A DNA stretch of 64,000 nucleotides from Octopus sinensis (GCF_006345805.1 NC_042999.1:6076001-6140000), one strand, 5' to 3'. Counted from the first letter of the stretch, positions 48,868-62,483 are shown. Numbers and translations are program-made. The notes: a model not told the origin generated them from the sequence alone.

Positions 48868-49399
48868 CATTATTATTACTATTATTATATAGAGCCGATC
48901 CTTGGGTCTAATTAAAACAAAAGTGATAATTCAATGCAATCTTATGGACAAACCAGGCTTCGTTGATTCGATCGATCGATTCCACTTCCTCCCCGCCCCG
49001 CCCTTCACAACATTTGACCTGGAAACAGATTCGAAAGGAGAATCACTTGTGTTGGTCTACTGCCATCTTTATTTACTCAAAATTAATATAGACATCGATT
49101 AGTTTGTAGCTACCAAACAGCAACAACAACAACAATAAATTCGATTGCCTTTGTTTCGTTCTTACCCATCGATATTCACCAATTCTCGAGCTGATTGGTT
49201 TCAATATACCGATAGATAGGTCGATGGTTCGTATCCTGTCGCCAGCACTGCGATGCACTTGTTCTAACTCTCGACAGTCCTCGAAGCAGGAAATAAAAAC
49301 CGTTTAATGGTGGGATTCCTTGTTGTAAGCAGTGGGAGCACTATATGGTTTGATGAATGTTTCCTTCCTTGGCAATGCTGAGTGAAACACCTTACGAGG

Positions 49400-49449
<50 letters not shown>

Positions 49450-50139
49450 ACATATGCGTACGTGCGTATATGTTTATACGTTTATTGATAGAAAATATTT
49501 TAGATTTTTAATTGCTATATTAGTTGATTATAATTTAGATACTTATTTTTATGTATTTATTATTTTATAATTAGTAAACAGATTTATTATATATTATTGC
49601 TATTTTATAATTATTATATGTGAACTAAAATTTTAAAATATTAATAGTGATTATTTTGTTAAATAATTTGGTTATTAAATATTGGAGTATAACTGAGTTA
49701 AATATATTCGAGAGTTTATTAATGTTTTTTTAAGCTAAATTATATCTTTACAGATAAATACATATTTCTATCTATTTACTCTATTTTTTACCTTAAATAT
49801 TAAACATTTAACATAATAAATGTGTTGTAGGAAATAACTCTAATGTTTTAAGTTTCAAATTTAGTTTATGGAGTTTTTTCTATAAGAAAAATTATTTTAT
49901 TTATTTTTTAAATAAATATTGTTTAACTCTATTTGCTTATTTATTTAACTATTATTATTAACCTGAAGATTGACTATAATTTTAGATTGAATTTATTTCA
50001 ATCAAATTTAAATTTAATTGTAATTCGAATTTAATTGTAGCCATGAAACGTGCGTAGATTTTTTACTTATTATATATTGATTATTCATTTTTATACTTTT
50101 TGAGATCTAGTTATATGTTTTATAAAAATATATTTAATT

Positions 50140-50286
<147 letters not shown>

Positions 50287-51429
50287 GAGTGAGTGGACAA
50301 ACGAAAGAAAGGCACTCAACCAATTTATTGGGAGTTACATGTATGATTCAAAACATTTTGATTCAAATTCGTTGGTACTCTAGAGTTTCAAGCGCGATGC
50401 TAGTCGTCATTTTGAATTTTCAAAATGGCTGGCGACTAGCATCGCTGATAAGTTCACAGATGTGTGACTAATACCGCCATCATTGTTGATTGACGACCGG
50501 AAAATATATATTTAAATCAAACTGTTTTGATCCATATACTAGGCGGCGATCTCTCCAACTAAAATCCTTGAAGGCGGTGCTCCAGTATGGCCGCAGTCAA
50601 ATGACTGAAACAAGTAAAAGAATAGAGTATATGTATATTACGCACGCGCGCGCATGTGTGTGTGTTTGTGTGTGTGTGTGCGTGTGTGTGTGAGTGTGTG
50701 TGTGCTTGTTCTGTGCATCAAAGCTGTGTGGGACACCCGTTTTACGACTGGTAGTCAATACCTATTTCTTTACTACCTACAAGGGGCTAAACACAGAGAG
50801 GACAGACAAACGGATTAAGTCGATTACATCGACCACAGTGAGTAACTGGTACTTAATTTATCGACCCCGAAAGGATGAAAGGCAAAGTCGACCTCGGCGG
50901 AATTTGAACTCAGAACGTAGCGGCAGACGAAATACCGTTGAGCATTTCGCCCGGCGTGCTAACGATTCTGCCAGCTTGTCGCCTTAGTCAATACCATACG
51001 AACGATGGTGACGCGTATACAACGTAGAGAAGTTTTCACCTGTGAAACGGTTTTGAAAAATCCTTAACTACCACCTCACCGAAAGGCAGGACATTTATGT
51101 CTACTAATTTCATTCAAGAGAACCAACAAATATTTAGTAAATGATTAGTGTTGGTTATTCATTAAATAGCAGTCAACTGATGATTGCTGTGTTTTATAAG
51201 TTCACAGATGTGTGACTAACAGCACCGTCCGAGTTCGCTTGCGGTGAATCATTGTTGATTGACAACCGGAAAATATAAACCGCGTCAGTTGCTTCCACTC
51301 ACAACACGGATATCGAGCAGCCAGAAATAGTTTCGTGTAAGAAATCTTGTAGGTAAAGTGTCAGTGGTCAGTCGATGTAGGTAGGGGCAGTAGCTTCTAT
51401 TTTAGTCGGTGGACACGTGTTGTTATTAT

Positions 51430-51932
51430 AGTGAGAGAGTATACCATCAAAGTGACGCTGGGGTACAAATATACGAAGCCCAATATACCCGTCATGACTA
51501 CCCGTCTGATAAGAGTACACCAGGCACATACATCACAATCAATGTGAGCGATATGGTGTTCTCATACCAAGTTAGACAGTGCATGACCTTGTAGGTGGGG
51601 CCCAGTTAGAATTTTCTTCAGGTTGAGTAGCCCATCCCGCTCAAAAGGTCCCCAAATAAGGGTTGTTTAAGGATGTTGAACGAAACACCCATGTTTCCAG
51701 AGGTGAATTATTCAAACCCCAAAGAATCCCTCTCAACACATGGCTATGTTGCTCCCCCACTACTTCTGCTCGTGATCAGAGATGCACATATCGTCAGCCA
51801 CTAAGGGACATGCTCAACTGGTTAAGGTCAAGCAACTGACAAGCAAATCTGTGGTATTGAGCAGAATATTTGCTGTAGCCCATCTTTTATACCAAGGGAA
51901 AACATGTAAATGATAACACTTCCAATCAGTTA
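51430..51932 (-). mobile_element. Element E, slightly 5'-truncated
   Basis: Homologous to 4692-5200. Confidence 0.85.
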
Positions 51933-51944
51933 TGCTCAAAAGTC

Positions 51945-52007
<63 letters not shown>

Positions 52008-52031
52008 CATCATCATTATTATTATTATTAT

Positions 52032-54460
52032 CAATTTGTTTCATTACTTCCCTATTTGGTAAATTTATCCCTGCTAGGGACTGTACTTTACCTCTTTTCA
52101 GACTCATTATTCCACATTTTTTGAGTCCGAATTCCATCTTAACATCGGCACCAAAAAGCAGTGGACCGTGTTCGCCAAGGAACTCCCTTGTACCTCATCC
52201 TTGCCTTCAAATCATCCATGAAGAGGAGGGGGGTTGATCCTTTGTGTTTTTGCTTTGAACGGATATCCCAGATTCACTTTCTTCGCCACCAAGGTCAGAG
52301 GGATCATGCAAAGTATAAAAAGTAACTGAGATAAGCTATCCCCTTCAGAAATCCCTCTCTTGATGCCCAGAGTGCCCGAACTTTATCCGTGCGATGTCAA
52401 CTCACTTTTCTAGCCCTCCATAATTCTCTTTAGAAAATACGTTGCATTCCTTGTAATTCCAAACAAATCTAAGCCCTGAGCCACGATTGAGGAATCATAT
52501 TGTAATCTTTGCAGTAATCAGTCCAGGTCATTCCCAAGTTTGTCCTCCTTCGCTTACAATCTTGCATTACCATTTCATCCATCAATAATTGGTCTTTGGT
52601 ATTTTCTCCGACAAACTTTGGGTATCATTAGCAAAATGTCATTATCATCAAGAAATTTGTTCATTTCTTCTGCAATTCCTCCTGACAGTAACTTCCACAT
52701 AAATGGAAGGCAAGGAATTGGCCCGTAATTGTCGGCAGTTTTTCCTTTCGGTACATCCTTCAAGCACAACACCATTCGTTCTCTAGTCAACCACCTTAGA
52801 ATTTCTTCTATTCCATTAATCAACGCATTAAATCGTTCTGCAATCTATTTTTTCCACCAAGTTAACCTTTTTTTTTATCCAAAATCCCTGTAGACCGTCA
52901 GGTTCTGCTGCTTTGCAATTGCTCATCTTTTTGTTCATATTTCTGATACTGTATTCGGTAAAAAGGATAGCTTCTTGCTGCCGATAAGAAGCTGTTTGCT
53001 TCAGACTGCAGAACCATTCAGATTCAGTATTATATTGTTCTTTCTTACTCCATATCTCATCCCAAAACTGTTGACTTTCATCCGCATCAAAAACTAATCT
53101 TTTTGCATGCTAAATCATCATTTATTTTCTTAACAAAATCTTTTTTTGTTCGATTCTCAACGATCGGTTTTCCTGGTATTGTTTAATCCGTTGCTCAAAC
53201 CTGGTTAGTTTTGCTTTCTCAGCAAATCTGCTCTGCCTCAGCTCTTCATTCACAATATTCCGTGTCCTTTTGTATTAACATACTTCTTTAGCTTTTCAGA
53301 TTTACAACCATTCTTCAATTCTCCTTTTCTTTTCCTCACAAGTATTGGACACTACACTGTTCATAAATCTTCTGATATTCTCCTTTTAACACCAAGGCTG
53401 TTTATTTCCTCGTCTTTCCGTCAAGATTCTGTTCTCATTGATCTTCAATCCCATCCTTTCTGCAACAGTCCTTCTTGAAACCTTGATGAGCTTGTTTGTG
53501 AGATCTTCTTTGTTTCAATGTGTTTCTATACATCATTAGGGAGGCGCAATGGCCCAGTGGTTAGGGCAGCGGACTCGCGGTCGTAGGATCGCGGTTTCGA
53601 TTCCCAGACCGGGCGTTGTGAGTGTTTATTGAGCGGAAACACCTGAAAGCTCCACGAGGCTCCGGCAGGGGATGGTGGTGATCCCTGCTGTACTCTTTCA
53701 CCACAACTTTCTCTCACTCTTACTTCCTGTTTCTGTTGTACCTGTATTTCAAAGGGCCGGCCTTGTCACTCTCTGTGTCACGCTGAATATCCCCGAGAAC
53801 TACGTTAAGGGTACACGTGTCTGTGGAGTGCTCAGCCACTTGCACGTCAATTTCACGAGCAGGCTGTTCTGTCGATCGGATCAACCGGAACCCTCGTCGT
53901 CGTAACCGACGGAGTGCTTCCATCCCATACATCATTAACTTTGTTTCTTAATTTAGTCTCCATTGATCAACCTTTTGAAGTCACTCATAAATTCGGCCTC
54001 TTGTCTGATCATCGTTTAATTGTTCTCTGATCTCGATTCTTTCACCACTCACACCACTTTCGTTTCTCATATGCTCAGCATCCACAGATATCCTTCTTTC
54101 GATAGCTTTTAACTCCAATTCTGATAACCACTTATTCTTTCATATTGCTCTTGCTTGGTCATATAATCTCTGCTCTGTGATTTCAAACAGTTTCATATCC
54201 TTCCATCCTCTGTGCATTCGTCGTCTTTATCCTCTGACTGGTACGCCATTTGCATCAAGTGGGACGCTCAGAAAGGAATACTCCAGAACGATCATGTTTA
54301 CTTGTTTCCTCCACTTTTGCCTTGCAGCATGGTTAGCAGTGGCTGGATTACGACACGGCCACTCTATGGCACAATGGGACGCCTACCGAGTCCGACACCT
54401 TTACCATTGGCTCTAATCCCGTTCATCATTACCTGCTCCGTTTGATATTTTCACTCATAA
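52032..54460 (-). mobile_element. Degenerate R4/Dong-type retrotransposon, ORF N-terminus through RT
   Basis: ITEQRLYDQARAI*KNKWLSELEL (N-terminal), DNYGPIPCLPFMWKLLSG, IKRGISEGDSLS, MEFGLKKCGIMSLKRGK; truncated at (TTA)n. Confidence 0.85.
53539..53926 (+). mobile_element. SINE family C with 11-bp TSD, inserted in the R4/Dong element
   Basis: tRNA head TGGCCCAGTGG / GTTTCGATTCC; TSD ATACATCATTA at 53528-53538 and 53927-53937. Confidence 0.92.
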
Positions 54461-54883
54461 ATGAGGTGCGTTTTTAGGTTATCACAAATCAGTATTTTTT
54501 TATCGAGATACCATCTCTATCAAGGTTAACCACCAAAGCGGAAAACGACTTCTTCTGGTTTTGAAATCAGAGTGGTCCTTCTCCTAGGCTGATTGCTATC
54601 CAAAGCTAACGAATTCAGCCTACCCGGACCACTGGTTATTTGAAGGCCTCAGACACTCGCTTTTTCACTCCCGTCTCCAGCTGCTTCCAAACGGTTTCGC
54701 CACGCGAATTCCAGGAATTGGACTTGACTGCCAGAGGCTGTATTTTGCGCAGCCCATTGGAGCATTTTATAAGCAAAGCTTGCTCAATTCCCTTCGGCAC
54801 CCCGACATTGACAGTTTTCTCATTATTATTAATAATACTGCTGCTGCTGCTGCTGCTGTTGTTGTTGTTGTTGTTGCTGTTGC

Positions 54884-54926
<43 letters not shown>

Positions 54927-56564
54927 AAGGCGGTAAGCTGGCAGAATCGTTAGCATACCCCACGACAGAAGATGAGTACGTGTGGGTTTGTGTGTATTTG
55001 TGTGTGTGTATATTTATTGTATATGAAAATAGTTATAGGTTCATATATATATATATATATATATATATAGATATATATATATATTACAGGCATGGCTGTT
55101 TGATAAGAAGCTTGCTTCCAACAGTATTATTCGGCTTCTGTCTCGCTGCGTGGTACCTTGGACAAGTGTCTCCTGCTAGAATTCAGGTCGGTCAACCAAA
55201 GCCTTGTGAGCGGATTTGGTAGACGAAAACTGAAAAACCCGTCGTGTGTCTGTCTGTCTGTCTGTCTGTCTCACCACCGCTTGACAACCGGTGTTGGTGA
55301 GTTTATGTCCCGCTTAACTTGGCAAAAAAGAAACCGATAGGATAAATACCGGTAAAAAAAAACACACAGTTTAATAATAATCGATATCGATATATTCAAT
55401 TAAAATTTCTCCAAGGCGGTGCCCCAGCATGGCCGCAGTTTAATGACTGAAACAAGTAAGATGAAAGATAAAAAGCAAAGCATGGAGGTATCGTTATCAC
55501 GTTTATTCCTCGGTTACAGCTGTTTCAATAACGTATGCGTAATACATCGTTAAACAAGTTGGAAAACACGAATATAAGCTATAGGTTTCTAACGTTGCTT
55601 ATACACTCTAGAATATATAATAAAAGATCGTCGATCATGTCCTTATGACCTTTATGAATAAACTAATACAATAACAACATAAATGAATTCACCATTATAC
55701 AGATATATTAGTAGGAAATGTTCGTGTTTTTATTTGATTCTTATATAATCCCTTTGAATTAAATGAAGATTCATTCCGCCTACTAGAAACAGACCACCAT
55801 TTAATTATCCCAATAAAAACAAACACTCGAATAATCATCTCATCCGCTGATGTTATTCGCTCTTGAACAATCCATCCCTAAGAATAAAAGTAGATGCTGT
55901 CCTTGGACGACTTAATCAATTCAACTTATTTTCCAGTCGACCCGGATTGTATTACGGGCAATGTTCTGAAACTTATGGAACAAATCACTCATTTATACTT
56001 ATTACACTTGGAATCGTGAATATAAATTTTTATTTGTTCTTCCGTTAGGAGAGCAAATAAAAGAAATGTTAACGATTTAGTGTATCACTTGATAAAATCA
56101 TTTCAGAAGTTGGATTCATAAGTTTGTCGTGATATTCAGACAGTTGTCGTCTGGTCGAGGAGATAAATCAGTATTAAAACTGTGCATCGTAGTATGTAGC
56201 ATCGTAAATAAACAAGGATATGTATGTCTGGAGTAGCTTCAAAGAAAATCTTAATGATCAGAATGAGAACAAAGCTGTACAGGGAAGGAGAAGACAAAAG
56301 GAAAGGCGATAGCAATATGGCGGTTGAGAGGTGGATAAATTGAGAGAGTAAAGTACAGTCTGCAGTCTCGAATGTCAATAGACTTGAAAGGGATGAAAGG
56401 ATGACATAATATAAAGGAGTGGCACGGATAGCAATAAAATAATTAATGTATGAAGCAAGGAGAATATCAATATGATCTTTCGTAAATGAAGGATGATTGT
56501 TTAAAAGAATTAGATGGTAAAACTAATTGTCGTAACAAGGGACAAAAAATAAAAATGTATGTAT

Positions 56565-56690
<126 letters not shown>

Positions 56691-56962
56691 GTAACATATA
56701 TACACGTATTTATACATACATACATATAGAGAGAGAGAAAAGAGGACCTAAAGTTAGTAGAGATAGAGGTTGGAATAACCGACTAAGGGATAAAAATATC
56801 CGTTATACTACCGGTACAATTACCTATGTTAACCCTGGACATACATATACAAGAATATTATGCTCATAGGATACAGGCAATGACAAAGATAAGCATGAAA
56901 CATGTGTATATATATATATATATATATATCTATATATATATATATATATATATAATTATATA

Positions 56963-57017
<55 letters not shown>

Positions 57018-57151
57018 TATGAGAGGTATTAGTATCCAGAAGACCCAAGGTGGCAGGTAAAGTCTATGTAAGTGCTATGGGAGGACCGTAGTTAAACTCT
57101 CGGTTCGATAATAACACGAGTGAGGAGTCTAAAGCAAGTCTTGTATAAGTT

Positions 57152-57490
57152 AAATAAAATGAGACTACAAAGCCAAGGCTGTGTGGAATTTCCAGGACAT
57201 TTATAAAGAGAAATTTTGTCTTACAGCTGTTTCGGGGACAATGGAACTGCAACTATAACATTTTTATACATTTTTATTTTTATTTCTACATTCATTCTCC
57301 TATTTCCCTATATACTCCTTATTTCCATCCTTTCCCAAAATAAATCCTCATATTAAACTCTAGCCATCACACATCGTCTCTGATGAAGGGATATCCCTAA
57401 TATCCCAGAAACAGCTGTAAGACTAAGTCTCTCTTTATAAATGTCCTGAAAATTCCGCACAGTCTTGGCTTTGTTGTCTTGTTTTGTTTA
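57152..57490. repeat. Inverted PLE-like terminal repeats (57152-57237 / 57403-57490)
   Basis: The arms are reverse complements with scattered mismatches. Confidence 0.8.
57376..57423 (+). ncRNA. Minimal type-I hammerhead ribozyme motif (GUA cleavage site)
   Basis: GTCT-CTGATGA-A-GGGATA(TCCCTAA)TATCCC-A-GAAA-CAGCTG-T-A-AGAC; palindromic helix III ACAGCTGT. Confidence 0.85.
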
Positions 57491-57551
57491 AAACACACAC
57501 ACACACACACATACATATATATATCTTTTCAAGTATCTGATTCTATTTTAC

Positions 57552-57634
<83 letters not shown>

Positions 57635-58178
57635 CATATATACATACACACACACACACACACATATAATATATATATATATATATATACACAAACATGT
57701 ATGTATATATTATTATCTATGTGTATGCTTGCACTTGTGTACGTGCGTGTGTATGTATATATATATACTCACACATAAATACACATACGCACATGTATAT
57801 TCATTCAAGCGTTTCTATCCACGGTTGAATGAAGCTTTATTTATGCAACTTACAGTACAACTGTTATTATTTTATGGTGTTTTTTTTTATATTTATTCCC
57901 CTAATCAAACGACAGCATCAAACAATCTAAACAGTTAATATATTTCTTATAAAATATAACTATTTCCCGATATCTATCTATATGTCATAATTAATGTATA
58001 TACACCGTTGATAGACAAATTTACTGCGATATTTATCCTGAGATAACATCTCTTGCGGACGCATTGTGTTAAAAACACAATAAATATCTGAAGGAGACAT
58101 AAATTTTCCCCAACAGTGACCAGCCAGAACAACAGATGCATTTCGCTCTGTTTGGGGCCTTTTCAATGACGTACTCAC

Positions 58179-58285
58179 AACCGGTCACGTGTTTGGACGA
58201 GAATTCGTCACCTCCGATATACGAAACATTGAATAAATCATTCAGTGATGTTTCGAATAACTGTCCAATACAGGATTTCCTGTCG
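58179..58285 (-). CDS. Candidate internal host exon (107 nt)
   Basis: Pyrimidine tract ..TTTTGGTTTTGTATATAG| and donor |GTGAGT. One open frame: xDRKSCIGQLFETSLNDLFNVSYIGGDEFSSKHVTG. Confidence 0.4.
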
Positions 58286-58699
58286 CTATATACAAAACCA
58301 AAATGAAGCTAAGAAAGAATAAACCGTTTTGTATTTTCCACAGTATTTGAAACCGCTTCCTATCGATTGGAAGAAACGGTTTTCAAATGAGCAATTTTAA
58401 CAACCACACCATTATATCCCAGACCTTTCGGATGTTGTACATTGACTTCTGTCTTTGCACAACGTTCTTTTCTCTTTTACTTGTTTCAGTCATTAGACTG
58501 GTCATGCTGGGGCACCACCTTGAAGAATTTTTAGTCGAACGAATCAACCCCAACACTTATCCCTTTTTGTAAAGTCTGGTACTTATTCTATTGGTCTCTT
58601 TTGCTGAACTCCCAAGTTACAGGGACGTAAACACATCAACACCATTTGTCAAGTAGTGGTGGGGGACAAACATACAGAAAGACATGCACACACACACGC

Positions 58700-58769
<70 letters not shown>

Positions 58770-59904
58770 GCATACATGCGTATATATATACATATTACAT
58801 GTAATCATACATGTGTGTATGTATACACTTGCGTCAGAAATTAATTAGCACTTCTCAAATTTCTACATTAAATAGGTTAAATCAATTAACCTATGAGCTG
58901 TTCAAAACGTCTTACGCGATGAGAAAACTTAGTATGGTGTGATTTCGGTCCTTGCTTTGTTTAATAGATATACCTATATCTATTAAACAAAGGAAGATTT
59001 GTCTGCATCCGCACTCCAAGTTGTTGCACTGCTATGTCAACATCATAAGTCTTGTAGACTCTCAAACTGCTCTGCAAACAAAGTTACGTCATCGTTCTGC
59101 GCAACAGTGAACTCGCAACAAAGCAATAGTTCGATATATGGCCACTAGGTGACAGCATATACCTTGAGTGAAGAGCAAATCAAGGGTGCTAATTAATTTC
59201 TGACGGTAGTGTATATATATATATATATATTCAATAGGCTTCTTTCGGTTTCCGTCTACCAAATCTACTCACAGGGCTTTACTCAGTCTGAGGCTATAGT
59301 AGAAGACATTTGTTCAACGTGCCATTGCATGGGATTGAACCTAGAACCACAAGGTTAGAAAGCAAACTTCTACCACACAGCCACGCTTGGACCCTAATAG
59401 GCGGACAGCCCAGATTACTATTCAAATTCTATGTCACACCTCATGATCTTCTTCAACCAATGAAGCTGTGATTTTAATCATGGTAATTTCAACCATAACT
59501 TCTCCATAAAAGAAGCAAATTTTCAAACCCTGATCAGAGACTTAGGTTATAGCATAGCTTCTCATCCCTCCCTCTCACATTATTTTTGAAAATCGTGAAA
59601 TTGTGAAACCGGTGAAGTAAATGTAAATGAATCTTCTTATTAATAACAATTGCATTTTTAACTTCATCTATTTTTACTTCTACTCGTGTGATAGAAATTA
59701 TTTTCTCATCCATATGTATATATGGTATGTATGTATGTATGTATGTATGTATGTATGTATGTATGTATGTATATATATAGTGTGTGTGTGTGTGTGTGTA
59801 TGTATGCATGTATTTATATATATGTGTGTGTGTGTGTGTGTGTATGTATGCATGTATTTATATATGTGTGTGTGTTGTGTGTATATATATATATATATAT
59901 AATA

Positions 59905-60155
59905 AATGTGCCCCTTTTTAAAGCCTAGCCAAGCTCATGGGCCCGGTTTCCCGGTTTCAAAGGCGTACGTGTCCCCCCCCCCAGCTGGACTGGACGCCAG
60001 TCCATCGCAACGTTACTCATTTTTGCCAGCTGAGTGGACTGGAGCAACGTGAAATGGAGTGTTTTGCTCAAGAACACAACGCGTTGCCCGGTCCAGGAAT
60101 CGAAACCACAATCTTACGATCATGATGCTGACACCCTAACCATTAAGCCACACAC
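59905..60155 (-). mobile_element. SINE family D (tRNA head, CORE-like domain, GCGATGGACTGGCGTCC segment)
   Basis: Minus strand GTGTGGCTTAATGGTTAGG..GTTTCGATTCCTGG..TGTGTTCTTGAGCAAAACAC. Confidence 0.8.
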
Positions 60156-60158
60156 CTC

Positions 60159-60196
<38 letters not shown>

Positions 60197-60253
60197 CATA
60201 CACATATATATATATATATATATACATGTATATATATATACATACACACACAC

Positions 60254-60299
<46 letters not shown>

Positions 60300-60475
60300 C
60301 TGTGTGTGGGTGCGAGTGTGTGACAGGCAGACAGTAGTAATACAAGACAGACAGGTGACAGCAATATAGGATAAGCACATGATGCAACCTTGTTAACAAA
60401 CAATTGAGAACATTATTTACATTATTTACATTATTTACATTTGACGGATATTTGTCCTCATCTTGTTTGTTGTTA

Positions 60476-60519
60476 ACACAATGTTTCAGCTAATATACCC
60501 TCCAGCCTTCATCAGGTGT
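60476..60519 (-). ncRNA. Minimal type-I hammerhead motif (helix III decayed)
   Basis: ACAC-CTGATGA-A-GGCT(GGAGGGTATATT)AGCT-GAAA-CA-T-T-GTGT. Confidence 0.6.
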
Positions 60520-60581
60520 CTTGGGGAAATTTCGAACCTGGGTTCTCATTCCTAAGGTATTTTTCGATGTTGTTGTTGTTA

Positions 60582-60619
<38 letters not shown>

Positions 60620-60767
60620 GTTATTATTTTTATTATTATTATTATTGTTATTATTATTATTATTATTATTATTGTTATTATTTTTATTATTATTATTATT
60701 ATTGTTATTATTATTATTATTATTATTATTGTTATTATTTTTATTATTATTATTATTGTTATTATTA

Positions 60768-60811
<44 letters not shown>

Positions 60812-60952
60812 GTTATTATTTTTATTATTATTATTATTGTTATTATTATTATTATTATTGTTATTATTTTTATTATTATTATTATTGTTATTATTATTAT
60901 TATTATTATTATTTTTATTATTTTTATTATTATTATTATTGTTATTATTTTT

Positions 60953-61161
60953 CAGTAGTTTTATTTTTATAGGGTGCTTTCACTTCACTACCGAGCGCAG
61001 CTCTGTGTGCCTTGGGTATGTGCTGTGGTTTGTTGTGATGCTCTGATGGTTATTGTATGGAAAGTGTTCTGCGTAGGATGTGTGCAGTGCCTAGTAGTGC
61101 AATTTTCTGTATGTTATATGTGTTTGTAAGTCCTGGTGTTTTTGTTATGTATTTGTGTGAA
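60953..61161 (-). mobile_element. R4/Dong-type 3' fragment (family 4) inserted in the (AAT)n of the element above
   Basis: Near-identical to 5598-5810. Confidence 0.88.
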
Positions 61162-61181
61162 TATTATTATCATTATTATTA

Positions 61182-61238
<57 letters not shown>

Positions 61239-61683
61239 TCACTGCCTGGAATCGAACTCGGAATCTAGGTGTTAGTAGCCCACGCTCTTAACCACTACGC
61301 CATATGCCCATGGGCATATGGCGTAGGGGTCAGATAAGGCCAAATATCTGCCAAATGTAAATAATGTAAATAATGTAAATAATTCCTTTTCTCTTAAATC
61401 TAGAACTGAACAATTGAGAAGTTCCGAGAAAAAATACTGGAGAAAAGGAAAGTTGAAGGTGGCATGGCTGGATTGAAACTATAAATGAAAAAAAAACAAC
61501 TTGCACAGCAATAACAACTTGAATTGTAAAAGAATTTCAGAACAGAAACGGAACGGTCTTCAATCTTGAATTAAGTGAATTAGTTTTGTTTTGATCTTTT
61601 CTGGTCTTTTTTTTTTTAATCTATGGTTAAAAGAAATGGGAGACACCAAAATGGAATTAAAAGGAAGATAGATTTTGAAGAGA

Positions 61684-61975
61684 TCATCATCATCATCATC
61701 GTTTAGCGTCCGCTTTCCATGCTAGCATGGGTTGGACGGTTCGACCGGGGTCTGGGAAGCCAGAAGGCTGCACCAGGCCCAGTTTGATCTGGCAGTGTTT
61801 CTACGGCTGGATGCCCTTCCTAACGCCAGTCACTCCGAGAGTGTAGTGGGTGCTTTTTACGTGCCACCGGCACAGGTGCCAGATGAGTCTGGCAAACGGC
61901 CACAAACGGATGGTGCTTTTTACGTGCCACTGGCACGAGGCCAGTCGGGGCGGCGCTGCCAACGGCCACGTTCGA
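61684..61975 (-). mobile_element. RTE-associated 3' end / SINE with (GAT)n tail
   Basis: Minus strand ends CCAACCCATGCTAGCATGGAAAGCGGACGCTAAAC(GAT)n; internal duplication of GGTGCTTTTTACGTGCCAC. Confidence 0.55.
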
Positions 61976-62061
61976 ACAATAAAATTATGAACGATAAATG
62001 ATCAGAACAAAGAAGAAAAAGAAAGATTGTTAAGCTGCATGGATGGTATGACTAATAAAAG

Positions 62062-62295
62062 GCAGCGAGCTGGCAGAATCGTTAGCATGTCAGGCGAAAT
62101 GCTTAGCGGTATTTCGGCTGCCGTTACGTTGTGAGTTCAAATTCCGCCGAGGTCGACTTTGCCTTTCATCCTTTCAGGGTCGATAAATTAAGTACCAGTG
62201 AAGCACTGGGGTCGATATAATCGACTTAATACCTATGTCTGTCCATGTTTGTCCCCTCTATGTTTAGCCCCTTGTGGGTAATAAAGAAATAGGTA
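62062..62295 (+). mobile_element. SINE family B, monomer
   Basis: GGCAGCGAGCTGGCAGAATCG (A-box-like), GAGTTCAAATTCC (B-box), central GTCGACTTTGCCTTTCATCC. Confidence 0.88.
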
Positions 62296-62483
62296 TGTCT
62301 AATAATGATGAAGTTGGACAATGAAGGAAAAAGATAAAACGAATAATGGCTACACTGACATTGTAGTTTGAGAGATTATTGAGAATATGGTGGACAGAAA
62401 GGCAAAATAGATCGATATTGCGACAGGTGATACACAGGAAAAAATTGATTGTAAAACAAAGAATCAAATTCTTTGGTCACGTT

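Larger units (their letters stand above)
60415..61385 (-). mobile_element. tRNA-headed, (AAT)n-containing, hammerhead-bearing element as a head-to-head palindrome
   Basis: Minus strand: head 61310->61235, (AAT)n, body 60570->60415 ending in (AATGTAAAT)n. A deleted plus-strand partner lies at 61311-61385. Confidence 0.7.

Noticed and set aside
49189-49238. tRNA-like GGTCGATGGTTCGTATCC..CGCCAGCA near CCAAT and GC-box motifs
   Set aside because: No acceptor, D or anticodon stems can be built; promoter motifs alone are not evidence.
55510-55560. Minus-strand GAAACAGCTGTAACC
   Set aside because: Only the 3' half of a hammerhead; no CUGANGA-like core upstream.
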